The position numbers and the translations under genes are program-made. A stretch of DNA of 35,375 nt, taken from positions 1-35,375 of the IMG/VR virus record IMGVR_UViG_3300020045_011984. One strand, given 5' to 3'. This document shows, piece after piece, positions 1 through 8,740 of the stretch (the first letter of the stretch is position 1; the number at the start of each line of letters is the position of its first letter). The notes beneath the pieces were generated by a model. It ran no database searches, was not told the origin of the DNA, and saw nothing but the letters and a program-made list of their open reading frames with translations. The DNA is from a virus (taxonomy: Duplodnaviria > Caudoviricetes).

Positions 1-4
1 AAAA

Positions 5-217
5 ATGAAAGTGAAGGTGAAAGGTATGTGTATGAACACACAAACAGGTAAGCCTGAAAAAATACGTTGGATGGTTGCTGATGAAAGTATTGAGGGGTCT
101 TATGCGTGGAAAGCAAAGGAGGAAAAGGAATATCGGGAGAAGAAAAAAGCCACAATGCCAATGTATGGCTGGGAAGGAAGACAAATTTTAAGAACAACGA
201 GTACGAATAAATATTAG
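5..217 (+). CDS. hypothetical early protein (start uncertain)
   Basis: 70 aa ORF directly upstream of the transposase, same strand; no recognisable motif. Confidence 0.45.
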   Translation: MKVKVKGMCMNTQTGKPEKIRWMVADESIEGSYAWKAKEEKEYREKKKATMPMYGWEGRQILRTTSTNKY

Positions 218-234
218 CCTTAAAGCTAAATGTC

Positions 235-2211
235 ATGCCAATAGAATGGAACAATAAAGTAGCTGTAAAAAAACAAGAGTTAATACCTACATTCTTTAGC
301 GATACTAATCATTTGTCTGTAACTCTTGTCAGGTTTAAGGATAAACCATACGGCATTAAAAAGCTTCAATCGGGAGGAAATGGGCGGGAGTTGTTGATTG
401 ATTTTGATAGCCTTTCGCTTGAGATACGGCAAGCCCTTGGCGACCCTAGAAAAGTTACTTGCTGGATGGATAAGTTTTTTTCGATGGATGATGAGGCTAC
501 GGCATTTTATACGGCTTGGCGGTTTGAGGGTGGTAATGGGTTGGGCGATGAGCATGTACATGAATATACGGTAAATGCCAGTACGCTAAGAGCTGCGAAA
601 TTACTGAGGCAAGCAAGGGAACGAGAGCGGTTGACAAAGGGTGGGTCGTTGAGAGGTGTGCCGACTAGCATTTGGCAGGATGCGATGAGCTTTAAGCGGG
701 TGCAAAAAATGAAGTATGGTTTTGAGCATAGTTTGCCCGCTAATGAGCGAAGGTTTTTGGAAGCGTTAAGGAAGTTTGATGAACATGGTTTTGTTAGCTT
801 GATTTCTAAGAAACACAATAACAAAAATGCGGTGAAAGTGACTGCTGATGTGGTGGAGCTACTGAATAATATGTTTGCTGGGCGTATGATAAAGCCATCG
901 TCGAAAGAAGTTTTCAGGGAATATACAAGATTTTTGGTTGGGGAGATTGAAGTTATTAGTGATGAGACTGGCGAGGTGATTTGTCCTGATGCTTACCCAG
1001 AACTGAGTGATACGACAGTAATGGCGTATTTACAACGGTGGGAGAACAGGATTGGGACGCATGCGAAGCGTAGCGGTGATAAAGCTAATTATGAAAATAA
1101 TTATAAGATAAGGCATCGCTTTAAAAACGCTGAAATGTCTGGAAGTATCTTGTCTGTAGATGATAGAAACCCACCTTTTATTTTGCCTGATGGTAAGCGA
1201 GTATGGTTCTATATTGGTGTTGACCTTGCGAGTGAGGCTTGGACGACGTTTGTACATGGACGAACTAAAGAGGGCATTATTTTAGACTTCTATCAGAATT
1301 TGGTAAGAGATTATGCTAGTTATGGCGTTGGGTTGCCGATGGAATTGGAATGTGAATCTTCGCTTAACGCTGGTTTGAAGGATTCAATTTTGAGGGATGA
1401 GGTGTTGTTCAAAAAGGTGAGAATTGAGCGAAATAATGTTACTGGGAAAAAAATTGAGCAATATTTTAGGCAGATTCGTTACGGCTTAGAAAAAAAGATA
1501 GAGGGATGGCAACCACGACCATTTGCTAAGTTAGAAGCAAATCAGATAATGAATGAAAAGCCAACCTTGAAGCAGTATGGGACAATTGTGAAAGATGTTG
1601 TTGATGCTATGAAGGAGTGGAACAGTCAGCCACACCCAGTGTACACAAATAAGACCCGTTGGGAGGTATTTATTGGCAACCAGAACCCGAAAATTAAGCC
1701 GATTGATTGGAATATGGTATTGCCTGCAGTGGGACATGAAACTAAGACGAGTTGTAAGGTGGGATTTGTGAATTTGAATGGCTTGGAATGGTGCCTTGGC
1801 GATGCGGGTAAACTGGCTACTGGTGATAAGCTGATACAGATTATGAAAAATGTAGAGGGCAAAAAGCTAGTAGTAAAATGGCTTGATGATAGCGAAGGCA
1901 AGGTGATAAAAGCCTTTGCGTACATCAATGACCGTTATGTATGCGAATTGATTGAAGTGCCGAAGTATCAGAAGGCTTTGTATGAGCGTAATGATGAGGA
2001 TTTTGCTAAACAGAGTTTGTTTTCGGCTTATTCTAATACGGTGTATGGCTTTGGTAAGGAGCAAAAGAATAAGATTGAACGGGTGACGATTATTGAGCGT
2101 AAGCCTGAGCCTGTTTATGATGAGGTTGAGGTTTTGCCAGATGTAAATATTTATGAGCCTATTGTGAGTGTTGGGGTTGGGAAGAGTGTTTCGCTTTGGG
2201 AAAGGTTTTAA
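235..2211 (+). CDS. Mu-type DDE transposase (MuA-like)
   Basis: 658 aa; RNase H/integrase core pattern LSVDD...WFYIGVDLASEAW...LPMELECE...KKIEQYFR; upstream of a MuB-like ATPase. Confidence 0.88.
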   Translation: MPIEWNNKVAVKKQELIPTFFSDTNHLSVTLVRFKDKPYGIKKLQSGGNGRELLIDFDSLSLEIRQALGDPRKVTCWMDKFFSMDDEATAFYTAWRFEGGNGLGDEHVHEYTVNASTLRAAKLLRQARERERLTKGGSLRGVPTSIWQDAMSFKRVQKMKYGFEHSLPANERRFLEALRKFDEHGFVSLISKKHNNKNAVKVTADVVELLNNMFAGRMIKPSSKEVFREYTRFLVGEIEVISDETGEVICPDAYPELSDTTVMAYLQRWENRIGTHAKRSGDKANYENNYKIRHRFKNAEMSGSILSVDDRNPPFILPDGKRVWFYIGVDLASEAWTTFVHGRTKEGIILDFYQNLVRDYASYGVGLPMELECESSLNAGLKDSILRDEVLFKKVRIERNNVTGKKIEQYFRQIRYGLEKKIEGWQPRPFAKLEANQIMNEKPTLKQYGTIVKDVVDAMKEWNSQPHPVYTNKTRWEVFIGNQNPKIKPIDWNMVLPAVGHETKTSCKVGFVNLNGLEWCLGDAGKLATGDKLIQIMKNVEGKKLVVKWLDDSEGKVIKAFAYINDRYVCELIEVPKYQKALYERNDEDFAKQSLFSAYSNTVYGFGKEQKNKIERVTIIERKPEPVYDEVEVLPDVNIYEPIVSVGVGKSVSLWERF

Positions 2212-2241
2212 TTGTGAGTTAGTGAATTAGTGATTTAGTGA
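2210..2241 (+). repeat. 8-mer tandem array (nTTAGTGA), copy 1
   Basis: AATTGTGA GTTAGTGA ATTAGTGA TTTAGTGA, overlapping the transposase stop codon. Confidence 0.95.
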
Positions 2242-2261
2242 TTTTTAAAAAAAATAATAAT

Positions 2262-2486
2262 ATGACTATCTATCAAAGAATTATCTCAGACATTGTTTGT
2301 GAAACTGGAATCCGTTCTATTTCGGATTCTCAATCTTCAAAAATTGAAAATATACTAAAAGATTGTGACTTAGAGATTGATGAAAAAATTACTTCTATTA
2401 TGGAAGCATTAAGGCTTAGAGGTTCACTCTATCGAAAAGATGTTTCAGATGTAATTGATTTATATTTCCTTGATTCTTTATCATAA
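2262..2486 (+). CDS. hypothetical protein (74 aa)
   Basis: ATG at 2262 after an A-rich leader; the track's GTG start at 2238 lies inside the repeat. Confidence 0.55.
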   Translation: MTIYQRIISDIVCETGIRSISDSQSSKIENILKDCDLEIDEKITSIMEALRLRGSLYRKDVSDVIDLYFLDSLS

Positions 2487-2503
2487 ATCCTTCCAATTTT
2501 TCT

Positions 2504-2611
2504 ATGAAAATATTGATTGTGTTGATAGCTGTGGCTATTGAAATAGGACTTATTGCCTTTGGAGTATTAACCATTAAAAACAACCACAAAAACGATGAGA
2601 ATAACGATTGA
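2504..2611 (+). CDS. small single-TM membrane peptide (35 aa, not in ORF track)
   Basis: MKILIVLIAVAIEIGLIAFGVLTIKNNHKNDENND*; fills the gap and overlaps the next start. Confidence 0.5.
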   Translation: MKILIVLIAVAIEIGLIAFGVLTIKNNHKNDENND

Positions 2612-3092
2612 GTGTGAAACAGATAAAGAATTTGAGCAGGGTGTAGCTGAATTAATGCCTGCTATTGGTGAGCTTACTAAGGGATTGGTAGCGGTGTATA
2701 TTGAAAAGGGGGATTGCTCTTGGATAGATAACTCTAAAATGCCTGTTGGCTCGGAGCTTTGGGAGAAGGAGGTAATTAATATAGTGCGTGATAATGTGGG
2801 GTTGATAAGACGGGGAACGCCTCCGAGTGAGTTTGTGGTGGATGGGGCGGAGTATTTGGAGCAGTTGAGGACTGGGGCGGGGATGGTTGAGGATAGGAGT
2901 TTGGAGATGATGATGGGGGAAGCCGATTTGAACCTCACCCCATGCCCCTCTCCTGTTGAGAGGGGAGTACGACCAAACTTTTTTATTTTAGATGATACAG
3001 GAGATGGTAGAGCTAATGAAGAGGAAATAAAAAGTCAATTGGATAAGTGGAGCAGAGAACAAAGATGGGAAATCATAAAGGATAAAATATAA
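2595..3092 (+). CDS. hypothetical protein containing an in-frame REP-like element
   Basis: 165 aa; stop coupled to the MuB start (TAATG); NLTPCPSPVERG is encoded by the palindrome at 2931-2967. Confidence 0.6.
   Translation: MRITIECETDKEFEQGVAELMPAIGELTKGLVAVYIEKGDCSWIDNSKMPVGSELWEKEVINIVRDNVGLIRRGTPPSEFVVDGAEYLEQLRTGAGMVEDRSLEMMMGEADLNLTPCPSPVERGVRPNFFILDDTGDGRANEEEIKSQLDKWSREQRWEIIKDKI
2931..2967 (+). repeat. REP-like palindromic element, copy 1 (intragenic)
   Basis: AACCTCACCCCATG-CCCCTCTC-CTGTT-GAGAGGGG-AG. Confidence 0.9.
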
Positions 3093-4006
3093 TGCTACAG
3101 ATAACGCAGGAATACAAGGAAAAGGTACTGAGTGCTTTACTTGTGGTAAGAAAAAACTTTGATGGTTCTAATAAGGCATTTGCTGAACAATGGGGGCTTA
3201 ATCATACTGTTTTCAGTCAGTTAATCAATGGGAAGTTTGACGGCTTAGTTAAGGATGTGCAATGGCTGAATATGGGGCGTGAGTTGGAGGTAAATTTGCA
3301 TGATAGAGTTTGGAAAATGGCTAAAACGGATGTGTATAAGATGATAGAGCAGGATGTACGCTTTTGTCAGGAGTTTGCAAAGAGTAGGATTTGTGTTGAT
3401 GATTGTGGTATCGGTAAGACGTATTCAGCTAAGTATCTATCCAGAACACTAAAGAATTGTTTCTACATTGATGCTAGTCAGGCTAAAACTAAGCAACTAT
3501 TCATTAAGCTTCTGGCAAAGACTATCGGGGTGCCATTTGGTAAGTATGCAGAAATGAAGGCTAATGTGAAATATTATTTAAAGATGTTGCCAAACCCTGT
3601 GGTGATAGTAGATGAGGCGGGAGATTTGGAATATAATGCCTTTTTGGAACTCAAGGAGTTTTGGAATGCTACTGAAAATTGTTGTGGCTGGTACCTCATC
3701 GGGGCGGATGGTTTGCGGGAAAAGATTGCTCGTGGTATTAATTCAAAAAAGGTAGGTTTTAGGGAGTTGTTTAGTCGGTACTCAGAAAATTATACTTCGC
3801 CAATACCGACGGGACAAAATGATAAGATGCTGTATTATAGAAAGCTAATTACGGATGTACTGACGGTGAACATGAGCAACAAAACGCACCTGAATACGAT
3901 AGTAACGAAATGCTTAACGAAGGACGAACAGGGTAATATTGGCGGTCTTAGACGTGCGGAGTCCCTATTAATTATTTCACAAATAAATGGCAGTCAGAGC
4001 GATTAG
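3092..4006 (+). CDS. MuB-like AAA+ transposition ATPase
   Basis: N-terminal HTH-like segment, Walker A DDCGIGKT, Walker B VIVDEAG, terminal LRR motif; follows the transposase. Confidence 0.88.
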   Translation: MLQITQEYKEKVLSALLVVRKNFDGSNKAFAEQWGLNHTVFSQLINGKFDGLVKDVQWLNMGRELEVNLHDRVWKMAKTDVYKMIEQDVRFCQEFAKSRICVDDCGIGKTYSAKYLSRTLKNCFYIDASQAKTKQLFIKLLAKTIGVPFGKYAEMKANVKYYLKMLPNPVVIVDEAGDLEYNAFLELKEFWNATENCCGWYLIGADGLREKIARGINSKKVGFRELFSRYSENYTSPIPTGQNDKMLYYRKLITDVLTVNMSNKTHLNTIVTKCLTKDEQGNIGGLRRAESLLIISQINGSQSD

Positions 4007-4628
4007 TATTAGCAATATGTTGAAGAAAAAACATGAAACTTTTGATTTTGAAGCCCCTTGGAGTTTTGCTTTTGGTGTTGACCCGTCGGACTCTGGAATA
4101 TGGTTGATTTGGGGCAAAGAAAAGAACGGTAAAACGACGTTTGCTTTGATGCTGGCAAGATACTTATCGACGATGAAGAAAGTAGCTTATGTGAGTGCAG
4201 AAGAGGGAACAGATAAGGAATTTACGGAGGCATGTTTGAGGGCTGGGTTAAGTACTACAGATAAGAACCTGAATTTCTACGAATACATTGAGCTTGTAGA
4301 GCTTAGGCAGATTTTGAAAAAGAGGAATTCGCCTGATGTGGTTTTCTTGGACAATATTACTGCCTACAGAGACGAACTTAAACAGAATGCGATACAGAAC
4401 CTAAAGACTGAATTTCCGAACAAATTATTTGTGTTTTTGGCACATGAAGAACGAAAAGAGCCGTCACCATCGCAAGCTCGTAACTGCAAAAGGTTGGCTA
4501 AGGTAATTGTACATGTAGTAGGGCTGAAAGCGATAGTGTCGGGGCGTGTAACTGGTGGGGAGTACCTGATTAATGAAGAAAAGGCACAACTATTCTGGGG
4601 GGAATCTAACAATGAAAGTGATGAATAG
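3987..4628 (+). CDS. RecA/RadA-like P-loop ATPase
   Basis: Walker A GKEKNGKT, YVSAEEG motif, Walker B VFLDN. Confidence 0.8.
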   Translation: MAVRAISISNMLKKKHETFDFEAPWSFAFGVDPSDSGIWLIWGKEKNGKTTFALMLARYLSTMKKVAYVSAEEGTDKEFTEACLRAGLSTTDKNLNFYEYIELVELRQILKKRNSPDVVFLDNITAYRDELKQNAIQNLKTEFPNKLFVFLAHEERKEPSPSQARNCKRLAKVIVHVVGLKAIVSGRVTGGEYLINEEKAQLFWGESNNESDE

Positions 4629-4938
4629 CATCGAACAAATAACAAAGTATTCGGCTGAGGTTCGGGAATGTATCGGGCTGAGTAAGGAAGATATGTTTTG
4701 GTATCAGGTTGATTTTGGTATGAAGTTCCTGAAACTTCATTTTGGTCTGGATGCTTTGGAGATTGCGACTAAAACAAACTTTTGGGATTTGTTCATTTTT
4801 GAGTGGTGCAAGGATGATGCGTGGTTGATGCGAAATATTGATTTGTACGATGTGGAGCATTACTTGAATTGGAAGTTGACGATGATGGACGATAGGAAGG
4901 TTTGCGAGATGATGAATGAGTTTTTGAAGAAGAAGTGA
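4612..4938 (+). CDS. hypothetical phage protein
   Basis: ORF overlapping the ATPase 3' end; ATG 4612 or 4621 more plausible than 4573. Confidence 0.65.
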   Translation: MKVMNSIEQITKYSAEVRECIGLSKEDMFWYQVDFGMKFLKLHFGLDALEIATKTNFWDLFIFEWCKDDAWLMRNIDLYDVEHYLNWKLTMMDDRKVCEMMNEFLKKK

Positions 4939-4978
4939 AACCTCACCCCCCAGCCCCCTCTCCTGTTGAGAGGGGGAG
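4939..4978 (+). repeat. REP-like palindromic element, copy 2
   Basis: AACCTCACCCCCCAG-CCCCCTCTC-CTGTT-GAGAGGGGG-AG, beginning immediately after the TGA stop. Confidence 0.9.
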
Positions 4979-5010
4979 ATTTTAAGTAACAATTTAACAT
5001 TTATAATAAC

Positions 5011-5271
5011 ATGAAAGATTTTATTCGTTTTGGAGCTATTCCTGAACATTTACAGAAAGCTAAGGAAAGAGATATTCGAGAGGCAAAAGCAAACATTTTA
5101 CAACTAAGGATTTTGTTGGTTTATCTTGAAGATGATGAAATGGCTTGTGAAGTGTCGATGGCGGATGTGAAAATTGGGCTTTGTTTGACTAAAAATGTGA
5201 TTCCTGTAATCAATCAAGAGATTTTAGAGATTGAAAAATTTCTAAGAGGCGAAGAAAATGAATGGGAATAA
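5011..5271 (+). CDS. hypothetical protein
   Basis: 86 aa ORF with A-rich leader, in the early operon. Confidence 0.6.
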   Translation: MKDFIRFGAIPEHLQKAKERDIREAKANILQLRILLVYLEDDEMACEVSMADVKIGLCLTKNVIPVINQEILEIEKFLRGEENEWE

Positions 5272-5287
5272 AATAAAAAGGCAAATT

Positions 5288-5725
5288 ATGAGAACAAATA
5301 CTAATAGCCAGCTTCATGCTTTGCTTTCTCAAAGCGGGCTAATGGAGCAGAAAGAGAGCCTTGTGTTTTCCTTTACTAGTGGGCGTACAAACTCTAGCAG
5401 AGAAATGAAAGAAGGTGAAGCGATAGACTTGATTAAGCACCTGAAAACGCTTGTCAAGAAGGTTGAACCTAAGAAGAAAAATTTGCCTGCTGATTCGCTG
5501 AATAAGACACGCAGATATATTTTGTCGCTTTGGTATCGGATTGAAAATGCTCAGACTAAGGAGGAAATCGCAGAGGCACGACAGAAGTGTTTTGAATGGG
5601 TTCAAAAGCACTTTAAAGGTAATTTAAACAGCTTTCAAAGTTCGGATTTATTCAAGATAAAATTGGCGGCTCAGAATGTTTTGAAGGATAGGGCGAAGGC
5701 GGTTAGGCGTTCAATTGTGAATTAG
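5288..5725 (+). CDS. GemA/Mu gp16-like early regulatory protein (tentative)
   Basis: LHALL...KESLV..FTSGRT.SSREM...EA..LI..L pattern resembling DUF1018-like proteins; ATG 5288 preferred. Confidence 0.55.
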   Translation: MRTNTNSQLHALLSQSGLMEQKESLVFSFTSGRTNSSREMKEGEAIDLIKHLKTLVKKVEPKKKNLPADSLNKTRRYILSLWYRIENAQTKEEIAEARQKCFEWVQKHFKGNLNSFQSSDLFKIKLAAQNVLKDRAKAVRRSIVN

Positions 5726-5744
5726 TGATTTAGTGAATTAGTGA
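5713..5744 (+). repeat. 8-mer tandem array, copy 2
   Basis: AATTGTGA ATTAGTGA TTTAGTGA ATTAGTGA; supplies the last codons (IVN) and the TAG stop of the upstream gene. Confidence 0.95.
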
Positions 5745-5757
5745 TTATTTTTTTTCT

Positions 5758-5961
5758 ATGAAAATACCTAAACGCCCAGGAGGGAATTTGGCTGATGAGA
5801 TTCAGCGACAAAAGCGAGAACAGATGGAAGATTACTTTGATAGCTTACAGGATAAAGGGGTTGAGGTGTTGGAAAGTAGGCTTTTGACTAAGATTGAAAG
5901 AATGCAGATGTTTTATCCTGTGTATAAGCGAGGGTCGAGAGTGACGGTGGTTATTGAGTGA
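5758..5961 (+). CDS. hypothetical protein bracketed by two 8-mer arrays
   Basis: 67 aa; stop lies within array copy 3. Confidence 0.6.
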   Translation: MKIPKRPGGNLADEIQRQKREQMEDYFDSLQDKGVEVLESRLLTKIERMQMFYPVYKRGSRVTVVIE

Positions 5962-5977
5962 TTTAGTGAATTAGTGA
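5954..5977 (+). repeat. 8-mer tandem array, copy 3
   Basis: TTGAGTGA TTTAGTGA ATTAGTGA. Confidence 0.92.
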
Positions 5978-5993
5978 TTTTAAAAACAATAAA

Positions 5994-6347
5994 ATGACAA
6001 AGAAAAAATTTAAAGTTGATGTAACTCGGATTGATACCTATGAAATAGAGATTGATGAGAGTGTTTGGAATGAAGATGTTTTGAAAGATTTTAGCAAGAC
6101 ATTTTATGATGTTAAGGATGTTAAGAAGCTTGCCGAAAATCTTGCTCTAAATATTTCGATTAATGGTTCATCTAATGAGCATTTTGAAGGCTTTGGTTTT
6201 GTTCAGATGCTTAGTGCCGATGGAACAAAAAGGACTGTTTGGGATGGACTTAAAGTACTTGGTGAAGATGATATTACAAAAGGCATTGAGGTTAAGGTGA
6301 TTAGTGAGGGTGATGACATTGATACTGATGTGTATTTGATTGAATAA
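5994..6347 (+). CDS. hypothetical acidic phage protein
   Basis: 117 aa, A-rich leader, TAATG coupling to the next gene. Confidence 0.7.
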   Translation: MTKKKFKVDVTRIDTYEIEIDESVWNEDVLKDFSKTFYDVKDVKKLAENLALNISINGSSNEHFEGFGFVQMLSADGTKRTVWDGLKVLGEDDITKGIEVKVISEGDDIDTDVYLIE

Positions 6348-6604
6348 TGGCAGAAGTAAAAGTAATTAATCTGGAGGAGCATATAATACATGTTATTGCG
6401 GATGTAGATGATGTAAGACCTTATCGCCCAATGCTTTGTTTTTTGAATCGTAAAGCAGATTTCTCATTCTTTTTTGAGGAAAATTGGCAAAGGGATTACC
6501 TGTATAATAATGACGAGTGGTGTAACAAGATGAGTGTTAAGCTTATCGAAATGGTGGAAATAGCGAATGAGTTGTTGAAAGAAAATGAAAAAGAATTATT
6601 CTGA
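6347..6604 (+). CDS. hypothetical protein
   Basis: 85 aa, translationally coupled on both sides. Confidence 0.65.
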   Translation: MAEVKVINLEEHIIHVIADVDDVRPYRPMLCFLNRKADFSFFFEENWQRDYLYNNDEWCNKMSVKLIEMVEIANELLKENEKELF

Positions 6605-6759
6605 TGGCTAGATTATTAGACCAATGCCCTAACTGTGATGCTATGTGGGGTATTGAAGAAATGAGTTTTCAAGAATGTGACTGCTGTGGGTATCCTAAAA
6701 CCGATGAAGATAGAGCGGAAGAATGGGATAATGATTTTGATGATTTTGATGATGAATAA
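6604..6759 (+). CDS. small zinc-ribbon protein with acidic tail (51 aa, not in ORF track)
   Basis: MARLLDQCPNCDAMWGIEEMSFQECDCCGYPKTDEDRAEEWDNDFDDFDDE*; TGATG coupling; CxxC...CxxC. Confidence 0.72.
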   Translation: MARLLDQCPNCDAMWGIEEMSFQECDCCGYPKTDEDRAEEWDNDFDDFDDE

Positions 6760-6782
6760 CAATTTAAACAAACGATTGAAAA

Positions 6783-7478
6783 ATGGAAAATGTAATTGAA
6801 GTGAATGGAGTAAAGCTAACTGATGAGCAGTTGGACGCTATTGTAAAACAAAGAGCTACTGAAAAGCAAAAGGCTTTGGCTGCTAAACGTGAAGATTATG
6901 AGCGTTTCAGAGAGCATATTGTAGTTAGTGCGGTGAATGGTGCTTTGCAAATGCAGGATATTTTGACGGTTGGACATTCGGATATGATTTCGGATATGTT
7001 GACTTTTAGAGAGATGATGCAGGAGTTTGGCGATTTGCGTAAGAACTCGCTTGGTGGATTCACTTTGAAAAGTAATGATGATACAATGAAGGTATCGCTT
7101 AAAATTCGGAACATTGGCGAGTTTGACGAACGTGCAGATATTGCAGAGGGACACATTAAAGACTTCTTTGAACGTACATTAAAGCAGGCTGACCCTAATA
7201 GTTTTGATATGCTGATGAGCTTATTAGAGCGTAAAAAAGGCAAGCTTGAATATAGTAGGGTTATGAAGATTCTGAAATATGAAGACCGCTATGAGGACGA
7301 AGGTTGGAAGAAAGGTTGTGAGTTGCTGAAAGATTCGTACAAAAACGTTGATACTAAACCATACTTGGAGTTTGAGAAAAAGGATGAAAACGGTGTTTGG
7401 CAACCGATTAACTTAAACTTCTCAAGCTATTTCTACAAGCCACTCGAAGAAGTACCTGAAATAACAATCCCTGAATAG
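6783..7478 (+). CDS. DUF3164-family protein of Mu-like prophages
   Basis: Coiled-coil N-terminus, FDERA..A...IK.F, W.KG..L.KDSY, C-terminal KDENGVWQPINLNFS pattern. Confidence 0.75.
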   Translation: MENVIEVNGVKLTDEQLDAIVKQRATEKQKALAAKREDYERFREHIVVSAVNGALQMQDILTVGHSDMISDMLTFREMMQEFGDLRKNSLGGFTLKSNDDTMKVSLKIRNIGEFDERADIAEGHIKDFFERTLKQADPNSFDMLMSLLERKKGKLEYSRVMKILKYEDRYEDEGWKKGCELLKDSYKNVDTKPYLEFEKKDENGVWQPINLNFSSYFYKPLEEVPEITIPE

Positions 7479-7907
7479 ATGCTTAGAAAATTTGCTTATA
7501 GCAGTACTCACCTGATAGGTGAAGTACTGCTTGGTTACTCGGAAAATGATTTGCTGGTGTTTTTTGACCTTTCGCAGGCTCAACTCACGGAAGCACAGCA
7601 TGAAACATTAATCAGAAATTTTCCGCTGAGTTTAAGTGCTCTTAGGAATTTGGTTGCTGCGGATAAGGAAAACAGAAGGCTGGTAGAGGTAATTCAGAAA
7701 GTCTCGTTTGAAGAGTTTTGGGAAGCTTATGACCATAAGGCTCTCAGCCACAAGAAAAAATCGGTGGTGCTATGGAATAAGCTCTCGGAAGCTGAACAGA
7801 TTAAGGCTTTTACGCACTTGACTAAGTACTTCTATCAGATTAAGATTAATAACACGCCTAAGATGTATGCTAATACTTATTTGGGGAGTGAGATTTGGAA
7901 TAATTAG
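7479..7907 (+). CDS. hypothetical protein with replisome-organiser-like C-terminal helical domain
   Basis: SFEEFWEAY..K...KK.....WNKLSEAEQ...MYANTYL..EIW motif. Confidence 0.6.
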   Translation: MLRKFAYSSTHLIGEVLLGYSENDLLVFFDLSQAQLTEAQHETLIRNFPLSLSALRNLVAADKENRRLVEVIQKVSFEEFWEAYDHKALSHKKKSVVLWNKLSEAEQIKAFTHLTKYFYQIKINNTPKMYANTYLGSEIWNN

Positions 7908-7908
7908 T

Positions 7909-7947
7909 TTTTAGGACTTTAGGATTTTGGACTTTAAGATTTTAGGA
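7909..7947 (+). repeat. 8-mer tandem array of a different sequence (yTTTAGGA)
   Basis: TTTTAGGA CTTTAGGA TTTTGGA CTTTAAGA TTTTAGGA fills the intergenic gap. Confidence 0.85.
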
Positions 7948-7951
7948 AAAA

Positions 7952-8152
7952 ATGATAACAACAATAATTTTTTTCGCAACTATGTGCTGTGGGATATGGC
8001 TTTTGGTTGTGGTGAATGGTAAGAAGAAGGATGACCCTTTGGATGAATGGGAAGCTTTTAAAATTAAAGCTGAAAAAGAAAGGAAAACGCAAATACCACA
8101 TGTGAAAAATTCAAGTAAACCCCCAGAACCCCCTAAACGAAAATGGCACTAA
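7952..8152 (+). CDS. small membrane-anchored protein
   Basis: 66 aa, hydrophobic N-terminal helix, basic/Pro-rich tail. Confidence 0.55.
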   Translation: MITTIIFFATMCCGIWLLVVVNGKKKDDPLDEWEAFKIKAEKERKTQIPHVKNSSKPPEPPKRKWH

Positions 8153-8355
8153 CAAAAAGACAAAAATTAGTTGCTTCGGAAATGGCTTTGTATTGGGTGG
8201 TTTCTAAATTGGATGAAGGCGAATTTGAAGATTATGATGAAGCTGAGGTGGTTGAAGAAATGATTTCAAATGTTTCAGCCAGAACCCGAAAGTATGAAGT
8301 AATGCCTGATGGGAATATTACTGAAATTGTAGCCTATGTTAAAGCAAATTACTGA
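8143..8355 (+). CDS. hypothetical protein
   Basis: 70 aa, overlaps neighbours in the operon. Confidence 0.6.
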   Translation: MALTKRQKLVASEMALYWVVSKLDEGEFEDYDEAEVVEEMISNVSARTRKYEVMPDGNITEIVAYVKANY

Positions 8356-8737
8356 TATTAATAAGTTAGTAAAGCTTGCTAGTGAGATTGAAAATTATAG
8401 CTCTGAAAGAGTACGGAATATGTGCCTCAAAAATTTGCAATATGCTTGTAATGCTTTCGGTTATGATTTTCAACACTGGCAGGATACGGGACGATTTGTG
8501 AAGTATCAGCAAACTGAAACGGTTTGTGAAACGCTTGAAACGGATGTTGCTTTGAAATCGATTGAAACGGATAAAACGCTTAATACACGGCTTACACGGC
8601 AATTTGTAGCTGAAACGGTTGGTGAAAAGGTTTGTGAGTTTTGTTTGAAACCGTTTAGCTCTGCTCGTAAAGAGAAGCGTTTCTGTAAGCCTAAATGTAA
8701 GAATGATTTTAATAACGCTAAAAGAAAGGAGGTGTAA
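8336..8737 (+). CDS. protein with C-terminal zinc finger and ET-repeat linker
   Basis: CEFC...RFCKPKC followed by a basic tail; TGAAACG DNA repeats in the linker. Confidence 0.7.
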   Translation: MLKQITDINKLVKLASEIENYSSERVRNMCLKNLQYACNAFGYDFQHWQDTGRFVKYQQTETVCETLETDVALKSIETDKTLNTRLTRQFVAETVGEKVCEFCLKPFSSARKEKRFCKPKCKNDFNNAKRKEV

Positions 8738-8740
8738 ATA

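Noticed and set aside
280-2064. Minus-strand ORFs overlapping the transposase (and similar shadow ORFs over other long genes)
   Set aside because: Fully antisense to well-supported genes, with no motifs.
2966-3003. VRPNFFILDDTG resembling the terminase Walker B (RPDYIVCDD)
   Set aside because: Too short, with no Walker A or other terminase context; may be chance.
4606-5049. 147 aa minus-strand ORF crossing REP copy 2
   Set aside because: Antisense to the early operon; SPSQQERGLGGEV is just the REP read backwards.
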